Assembly (NCBI GenBank): GCA_037442925.1
Contig: JBBIPG010000026.1
Coordinates: 1-29,095 of the forward strand
DNA from: Candidatus Fraserbacteria bacterium
GTDB lineage: Bacteria; Bipolaricaulota; Bipolaricaulia; RBG-16-55-9
Length of the DNA stretch: 29,095 bases
Reading direction: 5' to 3'
Part shown: positions 28,289-29,095 of the stretch, piece by piece
Numbering within the stretch: the first letter of the stretch is position 1
Layout of the letters: each line of letters begins with the position of its first letter
Made by a program: the position numbers and the translations under genes
Notes under the pieces: model-generated
Databases searched by the model: none
The model's input: the letters and a program-made list of their open reading frames with translations, nothing else
Told to the model about the DNA's origin: nothing

Positions 28289-28428
28289 CTCAGTTCCGTC
28301 CGTGATTTAGCTGTCAGCTTTCAGCCCTCAGCTAGCGATCAGCTACGCCTTTGCTGACTGCTGATCGCTGACCGCTGACAGCTCTTACCGCTGGACGACC
28401 AGCTTTCTGACCTCAGTGCGGAGGACCT
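28258..28428. repeat. ~171-bp repeat unit, copy 2
   Basis: Matches 27417-27588. Confidence 0.95.
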
Positions 28429-28465
28429 GGCCGTCGTAGCCCTTGGCCTGGCCGAGGTAGAGGTA
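28385..28465 (-). pseudogene. Orphan 26-codon tail of a CTD-bearing gene
   Basis: Translates YLYLGQAKGYDGQVLRTEVRKLVVQR*; aligns without gaps to the last 26 aa of the 23457-25643 peptidase. Confidence 0.85.
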
Positions 28466-29020
28466 TTAGAAGATCTCCGCCAGAGGAATCTCCAACCCCG
28501 CCAGCAGGGAAGATCTCAAGACTTGCCGCTTCTCGTAGAGTCCCGCCCGCCGATAGCCCCTTGCTCCCAGCTGAAGCACCTCGATCGTCTCCATCTCGGG
28601 GTCGACCAGCCAGTATTCTTTCACGCCATAGCGGGCGTAGAGGGTGCGCTTGAGCGTGCGGTCCCGCTGAGTCGTGGCTGGTGAGAAGATTTCCACCACC
28701 AGATCTGGTGCGCCTTGGACTACGCCCTCGCGCACGATCCCCAGACGCACCTTCGAGATGAACATCAGGTCCGGCTGCACAACATCATGCTCGGAGAGCA
28801 CGACGTCCAGAGGGGCAAAGCGGACTTCTCCCAGCCCTCTTGCGCGTATATGTGAATCGAGAAATCGGAATAAAGCCGCAGAGATCGATTGATGAAACCA
28901 GCTGGGTGCTGGGACCATCACCAACTCCCCCTCCAACAGCTCATAGCGCCGGGTTTCCGACTCCGGCAAGTTCTTGTAGTCCTCATAGGTGAACTTGATT
29001 GGGGTCTGCACTTCTCCCAT
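28466..29020 (-). CDS. Uma2 (DUF820) family protein, copy A
   Basis: RYELLEG, QPD, APDLVVEIFSP, YARYGVKEYWLVDP. Confidence 0.93.
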   Translation of the reverse strand: MGEVQTPIKFTYEDYKNLPESETRRYELLEGELVMVPAPSWFHQSISAALFRFLDSHIRARGLGEVRFAPLDVVLSEHDVVQPDLMFISKVRLGIVREGVVQGAPDLVVEIFSPATTQRDRTLKRTLYARYGVKEYWLVDPEMETIEVLQLGARGYRRAGLYEKRQVLRSSLLAGLEIPLAEIF

Positions 29021-29095
29021 GAGCGATCACCGCTTGGAGTCTACTTCCTTCTCTTGAGGATGTCAACGAAATTAAGCTGCCTAGAACCATCCGTT
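28972..29095. repeat. 124-bp exact direct repeat, copy 2 (cut by the window end); includes promoter 29038-29066
   Basis: Identical to 27250-27373. Confidence 0.95.

Noticed and set aside
27417..28428. CRISPR array or integron attC sites
   Set aside because: Repeats are ~172 bp with gene-sized spacers; no RYYYAAC/GTTRRRY cores bound the hairpin; no cas or intI gene in the window.
26732..29095. Diversity-generating retroelement TR/VR pair
   Set aside because: Mismatches between copies are not confined to adenines of one copy, include indels, and no RT is present in the window.

Overview
Gene-dense, GC-rich bacterial window. The style of the secreted proteins tentatively suggests Bipolaricaulota/Acetothermia; this is recall, not proof. 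Housekeeping genes: ABC-2 exporter, nth, guaB, a polar amino-acid ABC importer, an acyl-CoA carboxyltransferase, a TauE/SafE exporter, frameshifted prfB, rsmI and a YkuK-like gene. They are interleaved with envelope proteins: an RCC1-repeat protein, a large lipoprotein, two paralogous S8 peptidases, a PKD/FG-GAP lipoprotein and a beta-barrel candidate. The main unexplained structures are: (1) a right-end tandem array in which promoter-carrying small genes (Uma2, a PIN toxin-antitoxin pair, Uma2) are separated by a ~172-bp repeat made of the variably 5'-truncated tail of a T9SS-CTD-like gene, a heptamer-periodic hairpin and a terminator; (2) a c-di-GMP-I riboswitch with an 85-nt periodic GAGTC/GACTC hairpin inserted in its distal loop; (3) an unassigned four-way-junction RNA candidate at 11.77-11.93 kb; (4) a truncated arfB reading in frame into nth. 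No tRNA, rRNA, CRISPR array, integrase, transposase or reverse transcriptase was seen. All calls are by eye from motifs; no database searches were run.
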